A stretch of DNA of 64,000 nucleotides from Acidobacteriota bacterium (lineage in GTDB: Bacteria; Acidobacteriota; Terriglobia; Versatilivoradales; Versatilivoraceae). Positions 34,679 through 45,198 of this stretch are shown in pieces (position 1 is the first letter of the stretch; each line of letters begins with the position of its first letter). The notes under the pieces are model-generated. The model did no database searches and was not told the DNA's origin. It worked only from the letters and a program-made list of their open reading frames with translations. The stretch lies in assembly GCA_022616615.1 (NCBI GenBank), contig JAKEER010000295.1, positions 9,768 to 73,767 on the forward strand. The letters are read 5' to 3'. A program made the translations under genes and the position numbers.

Positions 34679-36277
34679 ATGAAAGCCAACCTGCACGAAG
34701 GAATTTGGGAACGTCTGGCCCACTTGGAGCGTGAAGGTGACGAGGAAGAGACCAGCTCGGAAACGCTTTGGGGGGGCGCAACCGGCGGTTCCCTGTCGAT
34801 TTTTGAAGAGCCTGCCGCCCCAGAACTGCACGCGGGTTCCGACGAGGAAAAGGAATGGCATCCTGAACTGACGCCGACGGAGCCAGAAACCGAACTCGTC
34901 GCGATCAATCCGGATTCTGTTTCACGCTATCTTCACGAAATGGGCGCCGTCCCATTGCTCACGCGGGAGAGAGAGTTTTTTCTTTTCAAGAATCTGTTTC
35001 GAATCAAAACGCGCCAGGCAAGACTGGTAGGCCGCCTGCGATTGAGCTCTGAGTGCTTGCTGCAGCAGGCTGAAGAGTCTCTGCGCAATGGGCATTTTGA
35101 CTTGTTTGAGTTGAACGACGAGCCTGATGCGGGCCGTTCTTCCGTGGTCCAAAAGGAGCGCCTCGCGAACTTTCAAGCGAAAGCGCTGGTGATCTACGCA
35201 GAGATGGAGCGGCTGGAAAAGCAGCAGTCGCGTCGCGGGCCATGCCGCCACAGCGGTGCTGCTTTGCGCAACTATCGAAAATGCCTGGTGCGCCTCGGCA
35301 GGCTTTGGGTGCAATTCATGCCCGGAGAGAAACTGCGGGCTGCGGTGTTTGAAGACGTTAGGCGGGTCAGCCAGGAGATGGCAAGCCTGCAGTGCCCGAT
35401 GGAAAAGCATCAGCTGGCCAGACAGCGCAATGGCCGCGCGCAGCACTTGCGCGGGGAGCTTCAGCGCTTGCAAGACATGCTGCAGCAGAAAGAACGGCAA
35501 GTTCGGGGTGATGCAGGGTCGTTGCGTCGAACCGTCGAAGCTTACGAACGGCTTGACCGCCGCAAGCGGGAGCTCCGGGACGCTATCATTGAAGCCAATC
35601 TCCGCCTCGTGGTTTCGATTGCAAAGAAGTACTTCCATCACAATCTAAATTTTCTCGACTTGGTTCAGGAGGGAAATCTAGGCCTGATGAGAGCGGCTGA
35701 TAAATTTGATTACCGCAGAGAGATCAAGTTTTCGACTTATGCCACTTGGTGGATCCGGCAGTCGATCATGCGCTCGATTTTTACTCAGGGTAGGACGGTG
35801 CGTGTGCCAGAGCACCTGTCTCTGACAGCGCAAAAACTGTTGCGAGCAAAGCGACATTTGAGCGCCAAACTGAAACGTGAGCCCCTGGCCGAGGAAATCG
35901 CCAAAGCCGTGAATCTGCCGCTCGCCAAGGTAGTGGCAGCTTTTCGGTCAGCGCAGGATTCAGTTTCCCTTGATTCGACCTCGGGTCCTCTGGAACTGCA
36001 GCGGCTCAACCTGTTGGCCGACGGGCAAAGGCTGAACCCGGCAGAGCTGGCGATTGTGCGCGATCTCCAGACGAAATGCAGGCTGCTTCTGCAGAACCTG
36101 AGTCAGCGGGAGCGCGAGGTCTTGCGGCTGCGTTACGGTTTCGGCGACACCGGCGAGCAGACGCTCGAAGAAGTGGGCCGCCGATTCATGCTCACGCGTG
36201 AGCGGATTCGGCAGATCGAGAAGGAAGCGCTGGGTAAGCTTAGGAATTCGGCGCTTCGCTTTCACACCCGCTCTTAA
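34679..36277 (+). CDS. rpoD: RNA polymerase sigma-70 family factor (RpoD-like, group 1/2)
   Basis: 532 aa. Region 2 ([56 protein letters not shown]), region 3 (TVRVPEH) and region 4 ([14 protein letters not shown]...[20 protein letters not shown]) are all present. Confidence 0.85.
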   Translation: MKANLHEGIWERLAHLEREGDEEETSSETLWGGATGGSLSIFEEPAAPELHAGSDEEKEWHPELTPTEPETELVAINPDSVSRYLHEMGAVPLLTREREFFLFKNLFRIKTRQARLVGRLRLSSECLLQQAEESLRNGHFDLFELNDEPDAGRSSVVQKERLANFQAKALVIYAEMERLEKQQSRRGPCRHSGAALRNYRKCLVRLGRLWVQFMPGEKLRAAVFEDVRRVSQEMASLQCPMEKHQLARQRNGRAQHLRGELQRLQDMLQQKERQVRGDAGSLRRTVEAYERLDRRKRELRDAIIEANLRLVVSIAKKYFHHNLNFLDLVQEGNLGLMRAADKFDYRREIKFSTYATWWIRQSIMRSIFTQGRTVRVPEHLSLTAQKLLRAKRHLSAKLKREPLAEEIAKAVNLPLAKVVAAFRSAQDSVSLDSTSGPLELQRLNLLADGQRLNPAELAIVRDLQTKCRLLLQNLSQREREVLRLRYGFGDTGEQTLEEVGRRFMLTRERIRQIEKEALGKLRNSALRFHTRS

Positions 36278-36314
36278 GGTGTTAAGATGAACGAGTTCCT
36301 GGGAGTAGACACGA

Positions 36315-36689
36315 ATGGCGCCCCTTCCGAAAGAAATCAATAATCCGGAGATGCCTCTGTTTCCGATTGGCATTGTTGCTGAGTTACTGCAAGTGACTGA
36401 TCAGACGCTGCGCGTTTATGAGAAATGCGGAATAATCAAACCTTCCCGCCGAAACAAGGACCGTTACTATTCAGCCAACGATATTGTCTGGCTCAAATGT
36501 ATTCGAAGATTTATGAAGGAGGATGGCATCAATCTCAAAGGCATTGAGAAGCTGATGCAGTTTGTGCCCTGTTACGAAATCAGCCCCTGCGAGGACTGCG
36601 CTCACTGCACCGCGCACGTCAAACGCTGCCTCCCGCAGCCGAAGAACTCCCGCCGGTTTCCAGGAGGCCCTTCCAAGAAGATGACCTAA
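36315..36689 (+). CDS. MerR-family transcriptional regulator (HspR-like HTH) with a Cys-rich tail
   Basis: FPIGIVAELLQVTDQTLRVYEKCGIIKPSRRNKDRYYSANDIVWLKCI is a MerR wHTH. The C-terminal CYEISPCEDCAHC cluster follows. Confidence 0.7.
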   Translation: MAPLPKEINNPEMPLFPIGIVAELLQVTDQTLRVYEKCGIIKPSRRNKDRYYSANDIVWLKCIRRFMKEDGINLKGIEKLMQFVPCYEISPCEDCAHCTAHVKRCLPQPKNSRRFPGGPSKKMT

Positions 36690-36837
36690 AGCGAGCGATA
36701 CCACGGCTCGCTTCACCACAAATCCTTCCTGCCGCCTCGCGGAGCGTGCCCTCCTCGTGGTGTGCTGGCAGCGCCTCTTCTCGCCAAGTTGGCAAGCAGA
36801 AGCACTCGCGGATGCGTAGCCGGAGCCCTCAGATACC

Positions 36838-37569
36838 CTACCCCTCAATCGTGACATCGAACTGACTCAACGCAATCCGCTGTCTTGTTGGATTGCCCTG
36901 CACCGTCATTCGGTAATTTCCCCTTCCCAAAGCTGAACGCGTCAAGAGGAGCGTCACCAGGTCTTCGTTAAACAGCCTCTGCTGTGGAAGGGCGATGCTC
37001 TGATTCCAGACCAGCCGCGTTTCCTGGTAAATGCTGATTTCCACTTCCTGCAACTCCACCTTTGGAAGCGAGAACACCAGGATTGCCTGCTCGGCTTGAG
37101 TGAAATCGATATTGATCAGATCTGGCGTAGCGGATTTTTTGGATCCCAGGTACAACAGGGGCGACAGGTAAAGTCCTGAGCCCGTGACCGCACGGCCCTG
37201 CTGCTGCCGTTGCGTCAACTGGAGCTCCAGCTCGGCCAGTTTTCGTTCCAGCGTAATGACGCGTGTCTGGGACACATCTAGTTTTTGCTGCAGCTCCTGA
37301 TTCGCCTGGTCCAGGTGGCGAAGCGTGGAACTCGAAGTCAGCCCCTTGTAGGCCGGAAACAAGAGAAAGGCGGTGAAAACAAGTGCGCCGAGCGTTACCG
37401 GAACCGGAATGACCAGCGTTGCCATCCACGCCTTGAGCAGCTTCAGCCAGGCAGAGATTCCTGTAATGTGATCAGTTTTGGAATGCCCAGTTGAATCTTG
37501 GGGAGGCAGGGGAGGCGGCGATCCGGCAGCCTCGCCTTCTTTTTCATCTCGATCGTCGGGGGTGTGCAT
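36838..37569 (-). CDS. Hypothetical membrane-anchored coiled-coil protein
   Basis: ATG 37569 is preceded by ggagaa. It has an acidic/proline N-terminus, one TM helix (ATLVIPVPVTLGALVFTAFLLF) and a coiled coil (LQQKLDVSQTRVITLERKLAELELQL). I recognised no family. Confidence 0.5.
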   Translation of the reverse strand: MHTPDDRDEKEGEAAGSPPPLPPQDSTGHSKTDHITGISAWLKLLKAWMATLVIPVPVTLGALVFTAFLLFPAYKGLTSSSTLRHLDQANQELQQKLDVSQTRVITLERKLAELELQLTQRQQQGRAVTGSGLYLSPLLYLGSKKSATPDLINIDFTQAEQAILVFSLPKVELQEVEISIYQETRLVWNQSIALPQQRLFNEDLVTLLLTRSALGRGNYRMTVQGNPTRQRIALSQFDVTIEG

Positions 37570-37700
37570 AAGGATTCTCCTAACAAATTCTCTTTGGCAA
37601 GTGCGACGGCTTGACGCCGGTTCCAATCCGACTCATCCAAAGCACTTTGAATCAGTAGAGTAGTATTTGGTGCTGCGGATTCAGCAGTATTCCAATCTGC

Positions 37701-37726
37701 AAAAAAAAGCGGCGGCAACCTGCCGC
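37701..37726 (-). terminator. Intrinsic terminator-like hairpin on the minus strand
   Basis: The minus strand reads GCGGCA-GGT-TGCCGC-CGC-TTTTTTTT (T8). No annotated minus-strand gene ends immediately upstream of it. Confidence 0.5.
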
Positions 37727-38148
37727 ACTCTGAATGATGAAACTCCATACTTATCGGCAATTTCATCTGGCGTGTTGCAGGGGTGAGAACCTAGCTGGAC
37801 TTTAACGGTAAGCCCGTTCCATTCTGCCCAACTGCAACGTAGGTTAAATTCATATGAAGCTATTTTTTATCTGATACTTGCAAGAAGAAACAAGAAAGGC
37901 AAGAGAGTTGCAATCGCTTAGTGAAGATACAGAAGTGATTCCGAATAGTAGAAACCTACGGAGCTCTCTCTTGCGAAACTCTCTCTATCTCGAATTACAG
38001 GTTCTCATCCCAGTTGGAATCCTCCTCATTGTGGCGTCGCGGTTTGTGAAGCGCTGGTTGGTCCGCCCCGCTAAGGTCAGCGATGCCCCAGCCACCGTCA
38101 CGAACGTTCGAGCAGCAGCGGCGGGAAAGGTGTAGCCTGCCGACTCTC

Positions 38149-38463
38149 ATGAGCGCAGCGAAGCATTTCACCAAAAGCTATTTCGAACACGATTTTCCTA
38201 AACTGCAAAAGCTGGTAGATCGTAACGCCCAGCCGCTCTCAGTGATTTTGACTCTAGATGAGGGGCATCGGATTGAATTGCGGGAGTTTGAACTGACTCG
38301 CTTGGGCCTGATTGTCAAAATTTCTTCAGGGGAATATTCCATTCCCTTTCACACCATTCGCAGCATCCAATTTGTTCCGCAGAACATGAAGTGCCTGATT
38401 CTGTCTGCGCAGCGTCTTTCGCCCTCGGCAGAAGCAGTCCACGGTTCCCTCGAGTTGTCCTAG
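38149..38463 (+). CDS. Hypothetical protein
   Basis: 104-aa ORF from ATG 38149 (MSAAKHFTKSYFEHDFPKLQKLVD...) with protein-like composition. I recognised no family. Confidence 0.35.
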   Translation: MSAAKHFTKSYFEHDFPKLQKLVDRNAQPLSVILTLDEGHRIELREFELTRLGLIVKISSGEYSIPFHTIRSIQFVPQNMKCLILSAQRLSPSAEAVHGSLELS

Positions 38464-38543
38464 CTAGAGGCGAACCGCAAGGGGAGCGATGCCTTCCTGG
38501 GTCCCGATTTTCTCCTGAACTCTTCACATTCAAAGGGACCTTT

Positions 38544-40379
38544 TCACCAGCCCACTGGCTTGCCTTTATTCTGTTCATCCAGCCACTTCTGCAGTGGAGC
38601 GAAGTAGTCAAGAATGGCAGTGGCATCCATTTGGCGCTGACCGGTGATGACTTCCAAAGCCTCCGGCCAGGGCTTGCTAAGTCCCAGAGAGAGCATGTCC
38701 TTCAGTCGTTGTCCGGCTTCTTTGCTTTCATAAATGGAGCAACGATTCAGCGGCCCCTGACATCCGGCGGACTGCGCTAGTGACCGGTGAAACTGAAACT
38801 GCAGAATATGGGCGAGGAAGTAGCGCGCGTAGGGCACGTTTGCCGCCACATGGTATTTGGCTGCAGGGTCGAAGTCATTCTCGCTGCGCGGAACAGACGC
38901 CGCCACGCCTTGGTATTTCTGCCGAAGCTGCCACCAAGTTTCGTTGTACTTTTCCGGCGGAGTCTCGCCCGAAAAAACCCTCCAGCGCCACTGGTCGATC
39001 AGCAGGCCGAAGGGCAGAAACGCGATCTTCTCCAGCGCCGTGCGCAGCAGCAGGCCAATGTCTTTGGAGGCATCGGGGGCCTTATTCAAGAGGCCCAGCT
39101 TTACCAGATATTCAGGCGTCAAAGACAAGGCGATGGTGTCTCCCACGGCTTCATGGAAGCCATCGTTGGCACTGTCGCGAAAGAGCATCGGCTGGCGGTT
39201 GTAAGCCCGTTGGAAAAAGTTATGTCCGAGCTCGTGGTGAATCGTGTTGAAATCCTCGGCGGTAATGTCGATGCACATCTTAATGCGGAGATCGTCCACA
39301 TTGTCAACATCCCAGGCGCTAGCGTGGCAGACAACTTCGCGGTCTCTGGGCTTTACGAACAGAGAGCGCTCCCAGAACGTTGTTGGCAGAGGGTCGAATC
39401 CCAGCGACAGGAAGAACTGCTCTCCATACCTTACCATCTGCCTGTAGTCGGTGTTTCTGCTTTTGAGAATTTCCGTTAGATCGAATCCGGGATCGGCCTT
39501 CTGCGGAGCCACTAACGGATAGATGTTCTCCCAGCTCTGCGCCCACATGTTTCCGAGCAGATGGGCTGGAATCGGTCCCGTTGCCGGAACGAGGTCGTTA
39601 TACTTTTCTCTCAAACGATTCCGAACGTAGGCATGGAGCGACAGATAAAAGGGTCGAACTTGGTTCCACAATCGATCAAGCTCTTTGGCAAAAGCATCTG
39701 GCGGCATGTCGTACTTCGAACGCCACATTGCGCCCGTGTCGGCAAACCCCAGCTCGCGCGCGCCTTTGTTGGCCAATTCTACGTAACGTTTGAAGCCTTT
39801 GCGCATCGGCGGCGCAATGCGATGCCATCCAACCCACGCGTCTAACAATTGCTTGGCATCCCGGCTGTTGGCCAGGAGACGGGTCAGATCCTCCAGCGTG
39901 AGGCATTTTTCCTGTCCCTCGGGGCAGTATTTCCCTTTGCCATACGTTCCTTCCATTGAGGCGACCAGGCGTGTGAGCTCTTCGCTTTCCTTGGGATCTG
40001 ATGGCGCGGCCAGCGTCAACGAAAGCTTCAACAACTTCAGCTTGCGTGCCAGATCCGCCGGCAGCTTTAGCCCGTCAAATCGCTTGGAGCGTTTTGCGAA
40101 GTCAACACCGGCGGCAATAGCCCGTTCGTTGGCCTGAGCCGAAAGGATTTCGGTATCTTCGGTGATGTAGGTTGCCTGCACCCAATTGGCGCGGGAGGCA
40201 TCCATAGAGAGAGTCAATAGCCTGGCCTCGGCTGCGTCGACAAATGCTTTCGCTTCGGCGACCGAGGGTTGCTTCGGGGGTGACTTGCTCGTCTTCGGTG
40301 TTCCCTGGGAAAAGCCTAGGGCTATCGAGCCGCAGCAGAGAGCCAGCCAGGAAAAACGGAGAGAGCGCAAAAGAATCAT
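38544..40379 (-). CDS. Peptidase family M2 (angiotensin-converting-enzyme-like peptidyl-dipeptidase), exported
   Basis: 611 aa with a signal peptide, the zinc motif HHELGH plus the downstream HEAVGD, and overall ACE-like length. Confidence 0.85.
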   Translation of the reverse strand: MILLRSLRFSWLALCCGSIALGFSQGTPKTSKSPPKQPSVAEAKAFVDAAEARLLTLSMDASRANWVQATYITEDTEILSAQANERAIAAGVDFAKRSKRFDGLKLPADLARKLKLLKLSLTLAAPSDPKESEELTRLVASMEGTYGKGKYCPEGQEKCLTLEDLTRLLANSRDAKQLLDAWVGWHRIAPPMRKGFKRYVELANKGARELGFADTGAMWRSKYDMPPDAFAKELDRLWNQVRPFYLSLHAYVRNRLREKYNDLVPATGPIPAHLLGNMWAQSWENIYPLVAPQKADPGFDLTEILKSRNTDYRQMVRYGEQFFLSLGFDPLPTTFWERSLFVKPRDREVVCHASAWDVDNVDDLRIKMCIDITAEDFNTIHHELGHNFFQRAYNRQPMLFRDSANDGFHEAVGDTIALSLTPEYLVKLGLLNKAPDASKDIGLLLRTALEKIAFLPFGLLIDQWRWRVFSGETPPEKYNETWWQLRQKYQGVAASVPRSENDFDPAAKYHVAANVPYARYFLAHILQFQFHRSLAQSAGCQGPLNRCSIYESKEAGQRLKDMLSLGLSKPWPEALEVITGQRQMDATAILDYFAPLQKWLDEQNKGKPVGW

Positions 40380-40466
40380 TTTTGTTTCCTCCGTTGAAAT
40401 TGAGTTTAGAGTTCAAGCTTTGGCCTGCACCGGGTGCGGAGCCACCCGCTGCCTGAAGGCGGTGCT

Positions 40467-41309
40467 CTAAACTTGTCTTCGGCTGCACTTCACCAGATAG
40501 CCCGTCCCCAAATCACTCCTGAGAAATGGCCGTTGGGCATGCAGGCAGAGAAACCAAACCTGCTCCCGGAACAGCCAGTCTGAAAACCCTGGAAACCGGC
40601 GGCTGCCGCTCGAAGTCGTTTTCTCGAAGTCGGTCATCCGCGCATCACCTTCTTCAAGCACGTGAACTGCAGATGACGATCCCCGAAAGAATGCGGAAGA
40701 TAGCGGATAGGTCATATTCAGGACAGGAAAACCGTAGCACCAGAGACGCTCAACCTGGAAGCCACAGTTCTCCAGCTTCTCCACCAACTCCTTCTTTTCG
40801 TAGCGCCGAGCATGGCCAGCGAGGGTGTCATTCCTTGTCCATTGCCGCATGTGGGCGGGAACAGAGAACACCAGCGTGCCTCCAGGTTTCAGCAACTCCA
40901 CCCACTTCTGCAGGCAGTCCGAATCCTGCGCATAGTGCTCCAGCACCTCAAACCCGACAATGAGGTCAAAGCGCTCGTGTACCGAGAAGAAGTTCTGAGC
41001 CTTGAATTCAACGCATCCAGCCCGGAAGCTCTCGCTTTTCTCATGCTCAGCAATCAGCTCTCGGTTCAAATCGAGACAAAGTCCCTGAAAGCCCAGCTTT
41101 ACCAGGTCCTCAAAAAATCGGCCGCGGCCCACACCAATCTCCAAGAACCGTCCCGGGGGCACTCCCTCTAGAAGCCGCGTCGTGAGGAAGCGCCGGTAAA
41201 GATAAGCCAGAGTGGGATTCGGCGAGTTTCGCAATTTACGAATAGTTTGGAAGCTAGCCGGTCTCTGTATGGACGCCTTGGCTTTTGCCGGAACCGAACT
41301 GGCCCGCAT
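40467..41309 (-). CDS. Class I SAM-dependent methyltransferase
   Basis: The start was moved to ATG 41309. Motif I is FLEIGVGRGRF, with LKPGGTLVFSVP also present. Confidence 0.75.
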   Translation of the reverse strand: MRASSVPAKAKASIQRPASFQTIRKLRNSPNPTLAYLYRRFLTTRLLEGVPPGRFLEIGVGRGRFFEDLVKLGFQGLCLDLNRELIAEHEKSESFRAGCVEFKAQNFFSVHERFDLIVGFEVLEHYAQDSDCLQKWVELLKPGGTLVFSVPAHMRQWTRNDTLAGHARRYEKKELVEKLENCGFQVERLWCYGFPVLNMTYPLSSAFFRGSSSAVHVLEEGDARMTDFEKTTSSGSRRFPGFSDWLFREQVWFLCLHAQRPFLRSDLGTGYLVKCSRRQV

Positions 41310-42217
41310 GACGCATCTACCCTTTCGAGAATCTCTTCTGACACCGGCGCGGGTGAAACACAGCACGAAAGAGCTGAAAAAGCCGAACCGCAGAGACACG
41401 AGGCACAGAGAGCGGGCGGGCGAGACAAAGAATCCTGAAGGCTCTGGGAACGGCGCCGTTTTTCAAGCTCACCGTCTGTGCCCCTTGCACGATGAACCCT
41501 TCAAACTATAGGGGCTGGCTGAAACTGCGGTCAACAGAATAGATGCTTGGACCTTGTTGGTTAAGGCCTAGCTAGTTAGGGCGGAAACGTTGACTTGTCC
41601 GCTGCTCCAGAATACGCTGCCCAACGGCACCGACCTTGAAATTGCCTTGCTGAGGAAGCTAAGGGCCCATGCTGAAGACCCCGGAGCCGCCCTAATGGAG
41701 CTCATCAATCAGACCCCTTCTCCTGTCCCTTTCTCCAGTTCCTGGCACGTCGACATGTACGCATAGAAGATCTGAAAACAGGTTCCGAACAGAGTGGGGA
41801 GACGACTTCCGAGCCGCCGGAAAGTGCTTCGTGCTGCTACCGGATCGATCCTCTGGCCTCAGCGACAACAAACGGCACACCCCCAGGATTTTCATCCGAC
41901 CGGACAAGCCTCCGGCAGTTGAACGAATCGTTCAATGTCCCCCAAAGGCATGGAACGAATTGAGGAAGTCGACGGCTAGAGACGGGATTACCTTTTTGTC
42001 AAGTGTCTGAAAAATCGACTCATCCCGGCCCGCTCTGGCCGTAGGGCGTTGGACGCCCGATTGCAGCCTGAATGGCAGTTCAGTTCAGGACGTAAGAAGC
42101 TTTTGCTGAAGTCGACAAGAGCGGGACCGCTGGATGGTTTTTGAATTGGAAGCCAATCGAGATATGATAAGCGCCGCTCACCGAGCGATTCAAAACTTTT
42201 GAAATGAGGAATGTGGA

Positions 42218-43225
42218 ATGGCAAAGGTCTATCACGAGGAAGATGCCGATCTAGTTCATCTCAAGGGAAGGAAGATCGCTGTCATCGGTTACGGCAGCCA
42301 GGGCCACGCCCATGCGCTGAACCTGCAGGATAGCGGACTGGACGTTGTGGTCGGTCTCTACAAGGGCAGCAAGTCGTGGGAGAAGGCGGCGAAAGCCGGC
42401 CTGAACGTGGCCACGGTTGAGCAAGCTTCCTCAGAAGCGCAGGTCATCATGATTCTGGTTCCCGACCAGACGCAGAGGCCGCTGTTTGAGACCTCCATCC
42501 GTCCGAACCTGACCGAGGGCAAGACGCTGATGTTTAGTCATGGCTTCAACATTCACTTCAACCAGGTGGTGCCTCCGACGGACGTCGATGTGTCGATGAT
42601 CGCTCCCAAAGGTCCTGGCCATATGGTGCGCAACGTCTTCGTTGAGGGGGCTGGCGTTCCAGCTCTGCTGGCGATCCAGCAGGACTATACGGGGCATGCC
42701 CGAGATCTGGCTCTGGCTTATGCAAAGGGCATTGGCGCGGCGCGCGCCGGCGTCATTGAAACCACTTTCAAAGAAGAGACGGAAACCGATCTGTTCGGTG
42801 AGCAAGCAGTCTTGTGTGGTGGCACTTCGGCGCTAGTGAAAGCCGGCTTCGAAACGCTGGTGAACGCGGGTTACCAGCCCGAGGTCGCCTATTTTGAATG
42901 CCTGCACGAGCTGAAGCTGATCGTCGACTTGATGTATCAGGGCGGCCTCGCTTACATGCGTTATTCCATCAGCGATACGGCCGAGTACGGCGACTATACA
43001 CGCGGCCCCAGAATTGTGAATGCAGCTGTCAGAACGGAAATGAAGAAAATTCTCGAAGAGGTCTGCAACGGCAGCTTTGCCAAGGAGTTCATTCTGGAGA
43101 ATCAGGCTGGACGCGCTTCCATGAACGCTTACCGGCGTCAGGAAGCGGCTCATTCGATAGAAGAGGTTGGCAAGGGTTTGCGTGGCATGATGAGCTGGAT
43201 GCGGAAGAAAGGCGCAACTGGCTAG
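42218..43225 (+). CDS. ilvC: Ketol-acid reductoisomerase (NADP+)
   Basis: 335 aa. [12 protein letters not shown]...[21 protein letters not shown]...GFNIHF... Confidence 0.95.
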   Translation: MAKVYHEEDADLVHLKGRKIAVIGYGSQGHAHALNLQDSGLDVVVGLYKGSKSWEKAAKAGLNVATVEQASSEAQVIMILVPDQTQRPLFETSIRPNLTEGKTLMFSHGFNIHFNQVVPPTDVDVSMIAPKGPGHMVRNVFVEGAGVPALLAIQQDYTGHARDLALAYAKGIGAARAGVIETTFKEETETDLFGEQAVLCGGTSALVKAGFETLVNAGYQPEVAYFECLHELKLIVDLMYQGGLAYMRYSISDTAEYGDYTRGPRIVNAAVRTEMKKILEEVCNGSFAKEFILENQAGRASMNAYRRQEAAHSIEEVGKGLRGMMSWMRKKGATG

Positions 43226-43232
43226 GAAAAGC

Positions 43233-43383
43233 AAACCGCGGAGACGCAGAGGCGCGGAGAGCTAGGAACAAGCGTTGGATCGTTCTTTCCATTCCGAAAA
43301 TCGAAGATTGAGGATGGAGTATGGCCAGGCAATATTCTATCGAGGTGGCAGCGACCAAAGCTTTCTCTGCGTCTCCGCGGTTT
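43233..43383. repeat. 19-bp perfect inverted repeat flanking a 113-nt loop in the ilvC/cimA spacer
   Basis: The arms are aaaccgcggagacgcagag (43233-43251) and ctctgcgtctccgcggttt (43365-43383). The loop contains the 7-nt words aaaatcg|aagattg|aggatgg|agtatgg. Confidence 0.9.
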
Positions 43384-43403
43384 GTAGTTTCTTAGAGATT
43401 CGC

Positions 43404-45008
43404 ATGAAAAAAATTCAGATCTACGACACGACACTGCGCGACGGTTCCCAAGGCGAGGACATCTCGTTTTCCGTTGATGACAAGCTGCACATCGCCAGAA
43501 AGCTGGACGAACTGGGTATTGATTATATTGAAGGCGGCTGGCCCGGTTCGAACTTCAAAGACATGGCCTTCTTCAAGCGGGTCTCCGAGCTTGGGTTGAA
43601 GCACGCCCGAGTTGCAGCCTTCGGCAGCACCGCTCATCCCAAGAATAGTAAGGTCGAGGATGACAACAACATTCAGGCGCTGATCGAGTCGGGCACGCCG
43701 GTGGTCACCATCTTCGGCAAGAGCTGGGATCTGCATGTGAAGGTGGCACTGGGCATTTCGCTGGAGCGGAACCTCGAACTGATCGGCGATTCGGTGGCTT
43801 ATCTCAGGTCACTGGGCAAGGAAGTGATTTACGATGCCGAACACTTTTTCGACGGCCTTAAGGCGGATCGGGAATATGCCTTAGCAACGCTGAAAGCTGC
43901 CGAGCAGGCTGGCGCCGGCACGATTGTTCTGTGCGATACCAACGGCGGAACGCTCACCGAAGAGATTCGTGATTGCTTGCGGTCTGCCGTCGAGCGTCTG
44001 AAGACCCCCATCGGCATTCACACTCATAACGACTCGGACATGGCCGTGGCCAACTCGGTGATCGCCATTCGCCACGGAGCCGTGCACGTGCAAGGAACCT
44101 TCAACAGCTACGGTGAACGCTGCGGCAACGCCAACCTCTGTTCCATCATTCCCAACATCGAGTTGAAGCTGGGAATGCGCGCGATTGGTCAGGAGAAGCT
44201 GCGGAATCTGACCGAAGTCTCGCACTACGTCAGCGAAATTGCTAATATGCATCATCGGCAGGACTTTCCCTTTGTTGGCAAGAGCGCCTTTGCCCATAAA
44301 GGCGGCATTCATGTCAGTGCCGTTATGAAGGAACCCCTGGCGTACGAGCATATCCCACCGGAGACTGTCGGCAACGAGCGCCGAGTGCTGATTTCAGAGC
44401 TTTCGGGCAAGAGCAACGTGCTCTACAAGGCCGAGCGCATGGGCTTGCAACTCGATAAGGCGTCTCCCGGCGCCCAGGCCGTCGTCAACAAGTTGAAGGA
44501 GATGGAGCACTATGGCTATCAGTTTGAAGGCGCCGAGGCTTCCTTTGAGATTCTGTTCAACAAGCTAATGAACGAGCACAGTGAGTTTTTCGATCTCGAC
44601 GGGTTCCGTGTAATCACCGAGAGGAAGGGAAGCAACTCGTCCACGTCGGAGGCTGTCATCAAGCTGCGCGTGGATGGAACTGAAGAACACACGGCGGCAG
44701 AAGGGGTGGGGCCGGTCAGCGCCTTGGATCACGCTTTGCGCAAGTCGCTGACGACGTTTTTCCCGTGCATCAAGGATATTCGGCTGACTGACTACAAAGT
44801 CCGCGTTCTGAATGCCAAGGGAGCCACCGACGCCAAGGTACGCGTGCTAATCGAGACGAGCGACGGCCACGAATCCTGGGGCACCGTCGGCGTTTCTGAA
44901 AACCTAATTGAAGCCAGTTGGCTGGCGCTGGTCGACAGCATCACGTACAAGTTGAAGAAAGAGTACGGATTCAAGAACAAGGAGGCCCGGGAAAGGGTCA
45001 AGGGATAA
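43404..45008 (+). CDS. cimA: (R)-citramalate synthase (LeuA-like, CimA type)
   Basis: 534 aa from ATG 43404. [50 protein letters not shown] is CimA-type, and a C-terminal LeuA-dimer regulatory domain is present. Confidence 0.8.
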   Translation: MKKIQIYDTTLRDGSQGEDISFSVDDKLHIARKLDELGIDYIEGGWPGSNFKDMAFFKRVSELGLKHARVAAFGSTAHPKNSKVEDDNNIQALIESGTPVVTIFGKSWDLHVKVALGISLERNLELIGDSVAYLRSLGKEVIYDAEHFFDGLKADREYALATLKAAEQAGAGTIVLCDTNGGTLTEEIRDCLRSAVERLKTPIGIHTHNDSDMAVANSVIAIRHGAVHVQGTFNSYGERCGNANLCSIIPNIELKLGMRAIGQEKLRNLTEVSHYVSEIANMHHRQDFPFVGKSAFAHKGGIHVSAVMKEPLAYEHIPPETVGNERRVLISELSGKSNVLYKAERMGLQLDKASPGAQAVVNKLKEMEHYGYQFEGAEASFEILFNKLMNEHSEFFDLDGFRVITERKGSNSSTSEAVIKLRVDGTEEHTAAEGVGPVSALDHALRKSLTTFFPCIKDIRLTDYKVRVLNAKGATDAKVRVLIETSDGHESWGTVGVSENLIEASWLALVDSITYKLKKEYGFKNKEARERVKG

Positions 45009-45017
45009 GTGGGTTAA

Positions 45018-45171
45018 GGGTCAAGGGTGAAGGCGAAAGGGTCAAGGCCGGAATGACGAATGACTAAGCTCGAATGACTAATGACGGATAACGGTCTGGC
45101 CATTCGTCATTCGAACTTCGACATTCGTCATTCTCCTCTTTTCTTGACCCTTTCGCCTTCACCCTTGACCC
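45018..45171. repeat. 154-bp near-perfect palindrome built from heptamer words (29-bp perfect outer arms)
   Basis: gggtcaagggtgaaggcgaaagggtcaag (45018-45046) is exactly complementary to cttgaccctttcgccttcacccttgaccc (45143-45171). The inner arms, gaatgac-type words (45051-45088) and cattcgtcattc-type words (45101-45133), are also largely complementary. Confidence 0.95.
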
Positions 45172-45198
45172 TTCAAAAGGCCTTGACACTTTGAGCCT

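Noticed and set aside
37770-37800. preQ1-I riboswitch, because of the AGGUUCUCACCCCU resemblance on the minus strand.
   Set aside because: No P1 stem closes around the motif and the obligatory A-rich 3' tail is absent.
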